Source: the human T2T-CHM13v2.0 reference genome, Homo sapiens
DNA length: 64,000 bases
Direction: 5' to 3' (one strand)
Assembly: GCF_009914755.1 (NCBI RefSeq)
Contig: NC_060941.1
Shown: positions 46,360 through 62,254 of the stretch, one piece after another
How positions within the stretch are numbered: position 1 is the first letter of the stretch
How the letters are laid out: every line of letters begins with the position of its first letter
The notes under the pieces: generated by a model
What the model was told of the DNA's origin: nothing
What the model saw: the letters and a program-made list of their open reading frames with translations, nothing else
Database searches by the model: none
Translations under genes and position numbers: made by a program

Positions 46360-46916
46360 CAGAGGTTCCAGAACTTCCACAGTTCATGAAGCCCTTGGAG
46401 ACTCAGTAATTTTTCACAGCACTCATTCCTAGGCTAAAAAACAAACAAACAAACAAAACAAACCTAACAGTTCCATTTATTATGTAGTAAGGTGCAAACA
46501 GCTTAACTAGTATTTATAGCCTAACAACTTAGCAGCTGTTGACAAATATGATACCCAAAAATTAAAACAGAAAGGAATGTGTTGATTTCACTCATAAATA
46601 AACACAATTACTTATTCATGGGATGTGTGTGCCTGTTGGGCACTGCACAACTTTTCAGTTCTCAGAATCACATTGGATGCCACCACCCTCATTGCCTGCT
46701 CTACTCTGATTTCCATTCAGTACTTCCTTTTTGTCACAGCTTCTGCTTAACACTCAGCTTCACAAAGATGTGACATCAGCCAAGGAAATGCAGGGCAGTC
46801 TGATGTTGAAACTGTGAACTGTCTCAGGAGTGGTGTCTGGCAGCTGTTGCGGTGTTTCCCTTAAAGACTTAAAATATGCCACGGCATCTGCCTTGGCACA
46901 CAGTTTGAGAACTATG
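46360..46916. mobile_element. hAT-Charlie-type DNA transposon remnant inside an old ERVL-type LTR (~46160-47180)
   Basis: Degenerate TIRs cagaggttccagaact / agtttgagaactatg; approximate 8-bp TSD ccttaacc / gcctaacc. Confidence 0.6.
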
Positions 46917-48151
46917 GCCTAACCCATACTTGAGGTCATCAGGTATAAATACTCCAGCTTCCTCACCCTGATGGGGCCAGCTCTGAGGCATGATGGACCC
47001 TGTCTACTGTTAGACTAAACTGAGTTCCCCTATGTGGGCTGTGTGCTCCTATTCCTGGGCCCCTTCCCTTCCCAATCTCACTTCTCCACTCACCTCCTGG
47101 TTTATCCTGGGAACGTTTCCTAATGCATGTCTTTCACAGGAATCTTCATATCAGAACCTGCTTCCGGAGAACACAGCCTAAGGAAAAGGCGAACAGGAAG
47201 ATATGGGCTTGGGAGGCAGTTAGGAGGCAATGCTGTCATCCAGGGAGATGCAGATTCGCCTGGGATGGTGGCAGTGGATGGGCACAGCAGACCAAGTTGG
47301 GAAATACTAAGGATGTGGAATTAGCAGCCTTGGTCACCAGCCAGGTATGGATGGCAAGAGAATCTCAGAAACTCTGGGTTTCACCCTAGTATGGGGATGC
47401 CACTATCAGCCATCTGGAGACTAAGAGTCAGGGCAAGTTTGGGGGGAAGGTAGGAAGTACATTTTCCAACATGTTAAGTTCAAACCCTGAAATCCCAGTT
47501 CTAAAAAAAGGAGAAAGCCGAGCAGGCAAACTTTTCCACCCACTTTTTTTTAAAGGTTCTGTTTAAGTGTATGCTCAATGTGCCGTTCCCAGCCTCGTTA
47601 ACCTCCCTAATAATTATACTAATGACTGCAGTCTCCGCGTAAGGATGTGTTCAGAAGCCCCAGCTCATGCTTGGCTTCACATGGCAGACTATGCGTTCCT
47701 GCGTCGTGGTGTGTTGCTGCTGCACCCTGAAATGTTTAAGGCAAACAGAGGCAGCACCTGTGAAATATCATGGCTGGCAGCGCGCGGCTCGAGCTGCCTG
47801 CAGGCACTCACAGTGGCAGAGCCACACTCCCCAGAGCCAGACACCAAAGCCTTGGTTCTCTGAAGGGGCCAGTGAGGGGGGTGGGATCTGCCCTCTTAGT
47901 CTTCCGAGGACCCGTGGGGACAGCCTTCCCACTTTGTGCCTCATTTATTCTCCCAACAGTCTTGAGATGTGAGTGTTGCTATGTCCATTTTGCAGGCAAG
48001 AAACCTGAAGCTGAGCTGCCGTTTTATAATTCATCCAACACACATATTCTGAGCACCTACTATATGCCAGTTACTTTCAAAGGGTCTGGGATTCAACCCA
48101 GCCCTGTCCCACCCTACTTCTAGTAGACATAAACAATGAATAAATCAAACC

Positions 48152-48412
48152 GGCCGGGCACAGTGGCTCATGCCCGTAATCCCAACACTTCGGAGGCTGA
48201 GGCGGGTGCGTCACGAGGTCAGGAGATCAAGACCATCCTGGCTAACATGGTGAAACCCCGTCTCTACTAAAAATACAAAAAATTAGCTGGGCATGGTGGC
48301 ACACACCTGTGTCCCAGCTACTCAGGAGAGGAGGTTACAGTGAGCTGAGATCACGCCACCGCACTCCAGCCTGGGTGAGAGAGTGAGAGTCTATCTCAGA
48401 AAAAAAAAAAAA
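48152..48412 (+). mobile_element. Alu (Sc/Y-like) with ~30-bp internal deletion
   Basis: TSD aaatcaaacc / aaatcaagcc. Confidence 0.9.
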
Positions 48413-50405
48413 ATCAAGCCAAGTGGTAAAGAGATGGAGGACAACTGAGGCAAGGGGAGGAGGAGTGAGCTTAATGAAAGGCCAAGAATTTTTAACAAAT
48501 TCTTGGTTCTACAGACTTAACAGGAGAGGGGAGGCCTAGATTTTAATAGTAATTTATCTCAATGTAGGCTTTTAAACCTCAATTTATCATTGTCGCTGAC
48601 AACACTTGGATTAATCTGTTGCTCAGTGTCTTTCTCACTGCTGCGAATCCCAGAAGGATAAAAGGGAATTGATATACATAAAGAACTAAATTTCAATTAA
48701 TGCAAGCCTGTGCTAATTTTCCAACACATAACCCAGAAACATTCTCATTCATTACAATTTTATCGTGGCAGATCCTCGAGGGGAAACACACCCACAGATT
48801 TATTTATTTTTTCCGGCGTCGAATTTATCATCCAAGGCATTTTGGGGGAGGGGGGATGGGGGGCAGCTAACTGGACTCTGCGTATCCCCAGCAGTCCACT
48901 TTTTGCTGACGGATGGGGAGCATTTCCCAGAATCTGCCTGAAGTTTCTCAAGTGGCATTCACCAATTCTTCAACAGCTGGAAGTGTGGGTCTTGTGTGGT
49001 TAACCCATGGAAAGGGAGCAAGGGGCTCTGGAGACGGAGGCAGATTCTGTTATTCTGAAACGGACTCAGTGTCTGCCTGTCCCTTAGGCTGGGGCAATTT
49101 CCTGCTCTTAGGAGTGGGAAACCTCCCTGGGGGTAGGGGTCTGAGGTCAGCTGTCCTTCTCTGCCCATTCTGCTCAACAAGCTGGGCTGCAAGTTGGTTG
49201 GAGGAGGGGATGCAGTTGTTTCTGCCCTAAAGCACCTTGGCAAACATTGCCCCTGAGAGGCTGTGTCTGCAGCTTTTTCTAATCTGTCCCCCAAGTGAGG
49301 GTCCTCATTCTAGATGACACAGAGGCATACTGTGTCCACCTGCCCTAAACTGTCCCAGCTGAGAACATTCCTCACCTTGACCCCAGAAGTGTTTCTGGGT
49401 GCAGGTGGCACTCTCTGGGAGCAGGGCCTCTCTGCCAAGCCCAGACTCAGCATTCTCCCAGACAAACTCATTAGAATTCCCTGTTCTACCCGGGCTTCCC
49501 CCAGTCTATGTGACTGGCAGGAGCAGAGCCCTGTTGGAGTTGCCTTGGCCCAAACACAGGGAAGAATCAGAAACGTAAGTCCCATGGCCCTCAACTTGGC
49601 CCCCCTTGTGCATACAGAAGCCCCCTTCTTACCTGGGTCATGGCCTTGGATCCAGCCCCGGGATGCCAGCCCAGACACCGGAATGCCTGTGCCAGGAATC
49701 GTGGATGCCTGTGTCTGTTCTGCTCTTCCTCTGAGTTCCTCTGTCCCCACCTGTGCCCCACTCCAGCCAGGAGGCCACTATTCACCCCCTTTTCCTCTTG
49801 GGGCTATTTGTCCCTTTGCAGAAGAGCAATCGCCGGTGCTTTCCTTCCAAATAATTAAAAGGGCCCGGTGACCGAGGGATGACATGGAGAGTTCGACTCC
49901 ACTGGGAGAAAGGTTTAATGTTCCTCCCAATTCCCAAGGCACAGCGTGCCACACAGGGCTACAGGGGCAAGAACCAGCGCTGGTCAGGAGGCAAAAGCAG
50001 GAGCAAGGGAAGGCATGGGTCACAGCCGTGACTAGGGTTTCCCTGGGAAAAACAAGGCAGGGCCAGGTAAGTCGCTTCAAGCTGGCTAGTTTGAATAATT
50101 CTCTCAGGCTCTGGGCTCAAGGGAGTTCCCGAGTTGCCCAGGACCTGGCCTTTGGATGATTTAGGACAAGGGAAGTCTGACCCTGTGTGTGCGGGTAGGT
50201 AAGGTGATGGCTGGGGGCTCAGACTCTGGATTCGTTGGTTTGTAGATGAAAGACATGCTCCCAGCTGTGTCCTTTGCTTTCTCTAAGAGTTGGATAGCCC
50301 TTAGAAGGGAAATATCTTCTTGGGCCTGTAAGATCCCCAAATGCCAGAGCATCGATACAGAAAATAGGAAAATGTAGTTAAATCAGCCCTGTGATGAATG
50401 GATGC

Positions 50406-50774
50406 TGTATTAGTCTGTTCTCATGCTGCTAATATAGACATACCCAAGACTGGGTAATTTGTGAAGGAAAGAGGTTTAACGGACTCACAGTTCCACCTGG
50501 CTGGGGAGGCCTCACAATCATGGTGGAAGGCAAGGAGGAGCAAGTCACCTCTTACATGGATGGCAGCAGGTGAAGTGAGAGCTTGTGCAGGGGAATTCTT
50601 CTTTGTAAAACCATCAGATCTCATGAGAGTTATTCACCAACACGAGAACAGCACAGGAAAGACCCGCCCCCATGATTCAGTTACCTCCCACTGGGTCCCT
50701 CCCATGACACGTGGGAGTTGTGGGAGCTACAATTCAAGGTGAGATTTGGGTTGGGACACAGCCAAACCATACCA
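50406..50774 (-). mobile_element. THE1 (B/C-like) solo LTR
   Basis: tgtattagtctgttctcatgctgctaat...acacagccaaaccatacca; perfect 5-bp TSD gatgc on both sides. Confidence 0.93.
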
Positions 50775-51239
50775 GATGCCAAATAGACAAATACAGAACC
50801 TCCCCCTCCACTTCACTGCACTGGGCTTCTCACTGTTCATCAACTCAACAAGCAGGCACCTGCCAGGTCCTTTGTACTCAGTGCCACTTCTTTTTGGCAT
50901 CTGCTTTCTCCAAACAGCCCCGTGGCTAACTTGTTCCATTCTTTTGGGTCTCAGCTCAAACTTCCTTGCTCAGACAGGCCTTCCCCAGCCGGCTGCCCCA
51001 TGTGATGCTGCCCCCTATGCTCTCCTCCTCCCCTTGCCTCAGTTGTCCTCCATTGTATGGACAGGTTACCTGATGTGTACTGGTGATCAGTGAATGCTGG
51101 CTACTATTAGTGAGTTGCCTTTCATTAAGCTCACTCCTTGGGATATGGCCTAGATAGTGGATGGTGGCTCCTCAGTCCCTGGGTGCTTTTTATTTGCCTT
51201 AAGGGGTGCTGTTTTTTCGGGGTTGGGCTTCCCACTCTC

Positions 51240-51960
51240 ACACTCCCCTGGCTCATCATATAGCTTCCTCTCACTTGGCCTCAATTGCTAAATCTGTCTC
51301 TATGACCCCCATACCTGTGTCTGTCCCCTAAATACCAGGCCTGTAGATCCAGCTGCCCTGGGCACCTCTTAAGTTCTAGGACTTGGCACAGCCAAGACTT
51401 CATGTTCCATTTTCTCCCCAAATATGCATCTGATCCTGTGTTCCCATCTCACCAGTGCCATCATCCACTCACTTATTAAGTCACTGATGTCATCCTGGGC
51501 TTCTCTCATCCTCGTATCCTCCCACCCAATCAAAGCCACTCCTTCTTCCAACAACAGCCCTCCTCTCCCCACCCCAAGTCACTTCTCTGGTTCGGATCTT
51601 CGTCAGCTTGCCCCTGGATATTGTAATTACCTCCTCAGTGGTCTCCTAGCTTGAGTCTCCTTCCAACTCCTTCCTCAACCTCCAAATCCATGGTCTTCCT
51701 ATAACCTTGCCCCATCACTCCCCTGCAGCAAAACCTCCAGTGATTCCTCATGGCGCTCAGGGCAAAGTCTAAACGTTGAGGCTCTTTGCGGTCCAGGCCC
51801 CAGCCCCACGCTGAGCCACACCCACCTTCACTCCATCAAGATCCTTGATGTCTTTGGAACACAGCACATTGTTTCTTGTGCCTTTGACTGTGCACCTTTT
51901 CCTTGGAATATCTTCACCCGTCTCCACCAGTTGATGTTGACTTCATGCCCAGCTTTGGAG
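51240..51960 (+). mobile_element. L2 remnant
   Basis: cttgcccctggatattgtaattacctcctcagtggtctcc...aaaacctccagtgattcctcatggcgctcagggcaaagtc. Confidence 0.6.
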
Positions 51961-54271
51961 CCCACTCTCAAATGGGATGGAGTTTGCAGTCCTCACCACG
52001 GGGCAATTGGAACAGTTTTTCTGCAGCCTGAGTCACCCTGGTTTGTGTGTTCGCCATCACTTTCCTCACTCTCTGACCGTCAGCCAGGACGTAAGATGTG
52101 TGTGCACCAAAGTCTGGGTGTGTGCACCCATCTGTGTCTGTGCTAGAGGTAGGAAGGCGGGCAGGCCATTGGCTTGCAGTCAGAAGTCAGCAGAAGGGGA
52201 ACACCACCCTTCTAGACACTTCAGGGTCCAGTTTCGGCCACCTTGAGACAGCTCAGGACTCTAGAGCCCTGAGACCCCCCGCGGAGACCCATTTCCTCCT
52301 GTTTCAGCTCCTGCAGACATTTCCAGGATCCTACCCTTTCTCAGAAGCTGCAGGAGTCCAAAAACACCGTTACAAGCATGTTATCATAGTTCCTCACACT
52401 ACCATGTGGCGGGAGACGGCTCAGAGAGTAATGAATTCATATTCGTGTATTCCCACGATTAACATACTGAAAGCTTCCTTCATTAAAATTACAGTACTGC
52501 AAACACTTCCTGGTTAACTTGGACAACAAGGAAGCTCCTCTCCAAGGGATAAGAAGTTGTTTCAAGATGAAGATGTTATCCGGCTTGTCATATCTGATTT
52601 CTCAGGCCAAAAAAGAAAATAATAATTCCCTATCTCATTCTCATTCTTTTTCTCCCCTGCTACCTCTCTCTCTCTCTCTCTCCTCTCCCTCCCTCTTCGG
52701 CTTCTTCTCCTCTTTCACTGTGTGCCAACCTCTCTGCAATTTCCCAAGTAAAAATAAAAGAGATGACCTTCTACATAATCAGCCATTGCAATTTGGAGGT
52801 GAATATTCAATTAGTTCCAGGCCAGGGATTCCTGATCAATATTGCCTTCTCACGGCAAAACAGTGTAACAAACTCTCGTATTAAGCAATTCTAAGTCCCG
52901 GTGCTGATACCCATGACCGACAGTTAATCTGCACTTTAATTAATACCTGCCCCTCAGTCAGCTAAAGCTGTGGATTACCCACAAAGGTTTTCAGTCCCCC
53001 CTCCCCAGTGAAGCTGGCAGGAGCATGGCTATTGTGTGAGCCTGCGATAAAGTCAGAAGCCCAGCTTAACCTGGCCCTTTGGTGCTGGATCTCAGGGATT
53101 TAGAAATAGAACAATAGATCCTCATGAATGGAAGGGCCCTGAATTGCAGTGAGATTCAGGGGAAGAAAAGCCACAATTTCTGGGGAAGAAAATCACCCCC
53201 CCGCCCAAACACACACGAATACATTCCTGCACTCACACGCACATTCCACATCTCTACCAAGTAACTCCTCATCATCTACTTGCACACCTTCAGTCACGGG
53301 GAGCTCACCACTCTAGGAGGGACCCAGTTCTCTGGCCAGCTATGATAATGAGATGGATTCTGCCTCTACTGAGAATGGATTTTGCCTCCACTGATCCTGG
53401 CTTCATATTTCAGGCTTCTTGAGTTCCCTTTCTCTTCAATATGCCCAGTGCTGTCTGCCCTAGCCCTTCCCTTGGCTTCTGAAAAGATCCCCTGGTGGTG
53501 GACCACTAGGGGCCTCTGTGATAACAGTAGCATCAACAATCAGAACTCGCTGAGCGTTTACTATGTGCCAGTCCCCTGCTTAGCATGTCATAGGTGTTTT
53601 TAATCCTTAGAATAACACTGTGAGGAGGATGCTGTTCTTATTCCCTGTTTTATAGCCAGGGAAACTGAGGCACTGTGGACTTAAGTCATGCATTCAAAGC
53701 GAGGCCACACATCTAACAAGGTTGATCTCTCCTTCACTGATGACTCAGGGGTCACCTCCTGGGCAAGACTTCACAGATTCTCCAAGGACAGTGTCCTCAC
53801 CCACCCCACGGGGCTCTCACCATGCCTCATCCATGCTCCTGCTACTGCCCTCATTTTTGGGTATTGCAATTCACTTGTTTTTTTGGCCTTGTCTAACACC
53901 GTCTGCCTCACATACTGCTCTTTGGGGTTCTCTGGGATAGAGGCTGAACGTGCCTCATTCACTGGTAATATCCCACACTTAACACAAGCCTGGTTCTTAA
54001 CTTGTATTATATCTTCAAGGAATGTTACGGCTCAAACTTCTATGGAGGCTGCTGGGGCCCAGACCAGCATGCCCACAGATAAGATATCAATCAAAGCAGA
54101 AGCTAAATGTCAGGGGAGCTCCACAAAGACAGCCTGGATATATGCATAGAAGAAAAGGCAATGAAGAGTGGTAGAAAGAGCCCCAGTCAGGGGAGTCAGG
54201 TGCTCTGGGTTTTAGCCTCAATTCTTCCAGGCTCTTTGTGGTATATAGGACGAGTCTCTTTTTCTCACTGT

Positions 54272-54400
54272 GTCTCAGTATCCCCGTGCTGAACCTCAGG
54301 TTGTATGAAGGACTACTGGACACTCCTGGCACCATCAGCCTGCAGATGAGACTCTGATCGGGTTGTCCAGGATGCTGCTGGTGCCGAGTTCGGTCAGTGA
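54272..54400 (+). repeat. ~128-bp dispersed direct repeat, putative donor copy
   Basis: About 85% identical to 56629-56755 by manual alignment. Confidence 0.92.
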
Positions 54401-55599
54401 CTCCCAGCAGAGCCTCATTGCCATTGCTGCAGACCTGCTGGACGTGGCCTGTGTGCTACACCCCACAGTATCCCCATCTCCTGGCTGAAGGAAGCAAAGA
54501 GGAGTGGTCGGGGTGAGAGCCGCTACAGCCGCCACGGCAGCAGCAACCACAGCAAACCAGGTGCTATTCTAAGCGCTTTGCAGGCCCAGCTCCAAAAGGC
54601 GGGATGCTTGGAGGACTTTTCCAATGTGGCATTAATGAAGCTGTTGGCCTGGGCCTCGCCCTAGAGGTTCTTTGTGCAGAAATAACACCCCAGACAAAGG
54701 GATTCCCTTTGCCTCTGATCTTGGCCCAGCACAAATTCTCAGGCCCTCTCTGGGCTGACAACCTTGCTTTTGAATTCACAGAGAAAAGAGAAGCAACCAG
54801 ACAAGCCTGGATCATCCCCTCTCTCTCCACAAATCTTCCGACTCACCTGCATCTATACCCACATTCTGAAAGATGTGAATTGGCCCATGTCCCTGTGCCT
54901 GTGGCTGTGGCAGCCACGGTGTGCCCATGGGCAATGATGGTGGGAATGGAAGTTGAATCCTGAGAGGTGCTGGGACAGTTAGTAAGATAATTTCTGGAAT
55001 ACACATGGCACAGGGCCTGAGCTGAGAGCTGGGTTATTGTAGGCATAATAACCCTCCAATAATAGTAGCTAGCACTCACTGATCACCGGTGCGCATCAGG
55101 CAATCTGTCCATATAAAGAGGCAGAGCTCAGAGACAGTCAGTCCGTTGGCGAGCAGGTGACCAGTTATCTAACTCCAGAACCACCCACTTCAGCATCCCC
55201 CTAGACCTCTGCTAACTGAGAGTGTTCTTCTCACTGGCACACAGGCAGTGCCCACTGGCTTACTGAGTAGGACCCAGGTCTTCTGGCTCCTAATTCATCA
55301 CTATTACCCCTATTAACCCATCACCCTTCTCTGCCTTTTTTCTCCTCGGTGCTCAAGTATCATTCACATCTCACCAAGCATTTGGGCATTCCCTTAGTGA
55401 CTCAGTGACTAATGACTGTAATGTGACATGTTATAAATTGTGGGGTGGTCTCAGGGTGGAAGACCACTCCCAGCGGGCCCTCTCTGAGTGGGAAATCTCT
55501 GCAGGTGACTTGAACAGAGTAGTTTACTGCCACCACGGGATGTCCAGCTGGATTGGATGCGTGTGAGTTACTTGGTAATGGAACCTCTAGCCTCTGCAA

Positions 55600-57070
<1,471 letters not shown>

Positions 57071-57727
57071 GTGAGATATCCTTCCACCTCACACCGCAGG
57101 ATTCACTTTGTCAACAAACTTTGGTGGCATTTGTGTTCTGAAAAATTGCTCATCCAAACACATGCTTGCAAGAGTGGCCGTTTTCTTCCACATCACCCTG
57201 TCCACAGGAAGAACCCTCATTCAGTGACGGAGATCTGAGGGCACCACCTCAAAGGGCCATTTCCATGCCAAAGTAAGGCAGGTGACATACCAGTTGTGAA
57301 AGGGGTGTCTGGATTCATCTCAGGTCTGTGGTTAAGCAATACCAAACCTTAATCCTCACAAAAATCTCTTTGTAGTGCGGATTAATAGAAGTGTAGCTAG
57401 ACTATCTCAGTGTGGGATGTAAGGACCACCTGCATCAGAAAGACTCAAGGGAAGAAGGGGAGGTTTGATGAGAATAAACATGACCAAACAAATTTAGAGG
57501 ATCAGAGCTTCACTGTCTTTTCCAAGCCATGAGCTCCTTAGTGAGGGTAGACCCAGCTTGTGTCTGCATCCTCTGTAGTAGAAGAAACACATTAAAATCC
57601 AGCCTGACTTTGGACTTGAGCTTTTGGGTGCTAGAACATCTTCAGAAGAGCACCTGGGGCAGGTAATGCTGTCTCAGGTCCCTGCTGTGTGTGAACTGGA
57701 GAAGCGGCTTCCAGGTACAGACAGCAA

Positions 57728-57907
57728 GACACTCTAGCCTCTGAGACCTCCCAGTCTTGGATTCCACACAGTGACACTCTAGCCTCTGAGACTTCCCAGT
57801 CTTGGATTCCACACAGTGACACTCTAACCTCTGAGACCTCCCAGTCTTGGATCCCACACAGTGACACTGTAGCTTCTGAGACCTCCCAGTCTTGGATCCC
57901 ACACAGT
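57728..57907. repeat. Minisatellite, 4 x 45 bp
   Basis: Unit gacactctagcctctgagacctcccagtcttggattccacacagt starts at 57728, 57773, 57818 and 57863. Confidence 0.96.
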
Positions 57908-60106
57908 TCTTCAGTTACTGTACTTTCATCAAACCCCATGTTACATCTTGCTAACTGAAACAAGTGTATATCTTTAAGGAGAAGTTAATGCATATGTTTC
58001 AGATTCATCCTATGTGGAAACTATCAAAATATTGTGCCTGAAGTCAAGTAACATCTAGAAAAGGCTTTTGGTAGTGCCAGGTTTTTATATGTCTCTTGAT
58101 AGGACTGGGTTCTGGCCTTACTGCCTGCCAGAGTTTTACCAGTCAGTGCCAACGTCACCTCCTCCAGGAAGTCCCCCCTGGCTGCCCCAGCTATCTGGAG
58201 CTGCCCCTCCTCAGAGCACAGGAGGCTCCTAATCAGGGCCATGGTGTATGGAACTGCTCTTGTTCCCACAGGTCCCAAACCTGCCCAGTCAGATTGTGAG
58301 CTTCCCCGGGGTGAGCATCTGACACCCCCTCACTGGATTCTGCCATCACACACCAGCCTGGGCTCACAGGTGTGGGTCGGGAGATGAGGTGGTGCTAGCA
58401 AGGCTGGACTGGGGGATGGGAAGGCAGGAAGGGCAGTGGCAACTGGGGCACTGATGTATGGGAAGTTTGGTTTCTGAGTCCTCGGCTTCTTAGAATTGTC
58501 CTTTTCCTTAGGCACATTCTCAGGGGTGACACCAAGGCAGAGTCCAGCAGATAATGCTTGTGCCTCTCCTACTGAGCCAATTGAGTCTTTTAGAATAAGA
58601 GGAAGAACATTGACTCTAACCTGGCCACCCAATAGGCCCTGATGTCAGCTGCAGGCCTCAGTCACTGATAGAGGGCGGTAATGGCCTTAGATTAAGCCAC
58701 TACCTCCTCTACAGACACAGGGCTGGCCTAGCCAAAGGCTAAAGCTGATATCAGCCTTAGACTGAGCCTCTAACAGAGTCCACAGCCTGTGCTTGGACCC
58801 CTGACCTGTACCACAATTCAGTGTAATGACTTGGCACACCTCTCCCCACTGCTGGGGCAGCCAGGGGTGCATACCCCTCTCCCCAAGTCCTCATTTCCAT
58901 TCACCCAGCTGCTAATGACTTAGGATCTGTTTAGAGTCTGGGCAACTCCCTGTCAGCACAGACCACATGAGTTAACTCTTCTACTTTAAGGATATGGGGA
59001 AAGCAAAAGATACCATCTCAAACGAGAGATGTGTTCCTTCTGTTTGAAAGGCCACACTAGGTCATGCCCACCAAGCACAGCATCCTTGGTAAGACCTGGC
59101 CCTCATCACGGCTCTCTCTCTCCCAAAGCACCTTCCCTTCACTGTGTCTTCCCAGACCTCCTAGGCCCAGTGCCCAGCCTCTAGCAGCAAGCAGAAACAG
59201 ACTCAGGGGCTGGTCCTCACAGATAAGATGGGCAGGGTTTGGAATTTTCCTCTCTCTGGCAACTCCTCCCAGCTTCTCCATGGGTCTCGGCCTTCCAGTT
59301 TCTGCTGACGTAGATGGTGCTGCTCAGAATGGCCACTTCATCCCCTCTTCTGAGGCCCCTTCCTGTTATTCATGCAAAGCAAAAAGCCAGGGTCACTTCC
59401 TTAGTGACGAGGACCCACTGCCAGACCCAGTGGCAGGGCAGCTATACAACTCTGCATATTCATAAAGGGCAATGCTGAGGTTCTGCGTGCACATCTGTGT
59501 GGGTGTATCTGCTGGTCAAACACTGAAAGGAAGCCTGCGCTGCAACAGCACAATCAGGAGCATCAGGAGTGTAATGCCCACGCAAGAGAACAACACCTTC
59601 CAAAAGTCCTCATGGGGGACAGAGAGAAAGACCTGGTGAGAGATCCCGGGAGAAACCACAGGATGAGAGGTCGGCGAAAGAACATTCTGAGGGGGTGCTT
59701 CCTCAGCAAGGCTGCCCCTTTGGACACACACCCCCAGAACATCAGGAAGTCAGCAACCTGTTTTGAAAGACTAGGGAAGACTCCTCTTGCAGAAAACATC
59801 ATGCAACTCACTCCATACTCCAGCAAAGATCCTTTGGTGACATCACAGATTCCCAGAAAGAGGATGGCACATGGGTCTCCTTTTTCCTGAGTAACTGGGG
59901 GAGTGGGGTGGGTAGAATACGCATGTTTACAATAGAAATATGTGGGCTGTAGAAAACAAAAAAATAAATCAAGAAGGGCTTGTAACTGTCACACAGAATC
60001 AACCCAGTCTTTTCTCTTCCACATGTTCACAGTCAGCATCATATGCTCAAGAATGTTCTCTTCTGCTCTTTTCACTTTGTATCATATTAGAATCATTTTC
60101 TGCCAG

Positions 60107-60422
<316 letters not shown>

Positions 60423-60906
60423 TCATTAAATGCTCATTGAAAGTATCGTTTTGAAGGGTACCTACTAATTCATGGGAATGTGGCTGGCTTTACTTTTTTC
60501 TTACTGATAAGCCTTTAAGTTTCTCTTCTCAAGATTTGCTCATATTCACAATGCTGAAATTAATCTTTGTACGTAAGTCTTTCTTTGCATCTCAGATTAC
60601 TTTATTATCCAAATCTTGAAATTATTGATTATGAACCTATTAAGGCTTCTGACTCACATTTCTGAATTGTACTTCAAAATATTTGTGCCAATTTTTGCCC
60701 CTAACAAAAACAAATGAGATGCCCAACTCTCTGCAATCTCACCAGCAATGAGTATTTTCACTTTAAAATGTTAGCCATTGTGACAAGTAAAAGGGCAAAT
60801 CTTATTTGGTTTGAATTTCCATGATTATTATTCAACTATACGTGATAGGTTGATGAAGAGACAAAGAAAGTCTTGCCAATGAAGGTCAAAATATCAGATA
60901 CGGTAC

Positions 60907-61249
60907 TTTTTAAATTATTATTTGTATACCTTTAAGGAGTACAAGTATTAATACAAATTTGTTACATGGATTTATTGTGTAGTGGTGAAGTCTGGGCTTG
61001 TAGTGTACCCATCACCTGAATAACATGCATTGTACCTTTTAAGTAATTTATCTTCCCTCACCCCCATTCTCCTACCCTTCCAAGTTTCCAATGTCTATTA
61101 TTCCACACTCTGTGTCCTCGTGTACACATTATTTTGCAGTCATTTAAAAGTCAGAACATGATTAGATTAAAAAATGTGGTACATACAGACAATGGAATTC
61201 TATTCAGCCATAAAATAGAATGAAACCACGTCTCTTGCCGCTACAAGGC

Positions 61250-61250
<1 letters not shown>
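60907..61250 (-). mobile_element. Short L1PB-like 3' end with inverted 5' segment
   Basis: Minus-strand L1 3' UTR 60907-61160, then plus-strand L1 sequence aaaatgtggtacatacagacaatggaattctattcagccataaaa. Confidence 0.75.
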
Positions 61251-61599
<349 letters not shown>

Positions 61600-61634
61600 T
61601 GATAACTTTATTTTTATTTTGTCTATAGAGATAC

Positions 61635-62251
61635 TTTATTTTATTTTATAATTTCAACTTTTATTTTAGATTTGGGGGATACACTTGCAGGTTTGTTACA
61701 TGAGTATATTGCATGATGTTGAGGTTTGGGATACAAATGATCCCAGCACCCAGAGAGTGAGCATTGCACCCAATAAGTGGTTTTTTAATCCTTGTCCCTC
61801 TCCCTCCCTGCCCCCTCTAGTAGTCCCCAGTTTCTATTGAGAGCATCTTTCCATGAGTGCCCAACGTTTAGCTCCTACTTATAAGTGAGAGCATGCAGTA
61901 GTTGGGTTTTTGTTCCTGTATTAATTCACTTGGCATAATGGCCTCCTGCGGCATTCATGTTGCTGCAAAGAACATAACTTTGTTCTTTTTTATGACTGCA
62001 TAGTACTCCATAGTGTACATGGACTACATTTTCTTTATCCAATCCACTCTTGATGGGCATCTAGGATGATTCCATGTCTCTGCTATTGTGAATAGTGCTG
62101 CAATGAACATACAAGTGCATGTGTCTTTTTGGTAGAATGATTTATTTTCTTTTGGAGATACACCCAGTCATGGGATTGCTGAGTGAAATGGTAGTTCTGT
62201 TTTAAGTTACTTGAGACATCTCCAAACTGCTTTCCACAATGGCTGAACTAA
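61635..62251 (-). mobile_element. L1 (old L1PA/L1PB-like) 3' end
   Basis: tttcaacttttattttagatttggggg...gcaggtttgttacatg...ctgctttccacaatggctgaactaa. Confidence 0.9.
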
Positions 62252-62254
62252 ACT

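Noticed and set aside
49314-49871. 185-aa ATG-initiated ORF
   Set aside because: No recognisable domain or codon bias; length is plausible by chance in moderately GC-rich DNA
54335-54560. Coding-like GC-rich stretch beside the duplication donor
   Set aside because: No recognisable protein, poly(A) or TSD; cannot support a pseudogene call
57728-57907. CRISPR-like array
   Set aside because: Head-to-tail units without unique spacers, no cas genes, mammalian DNA
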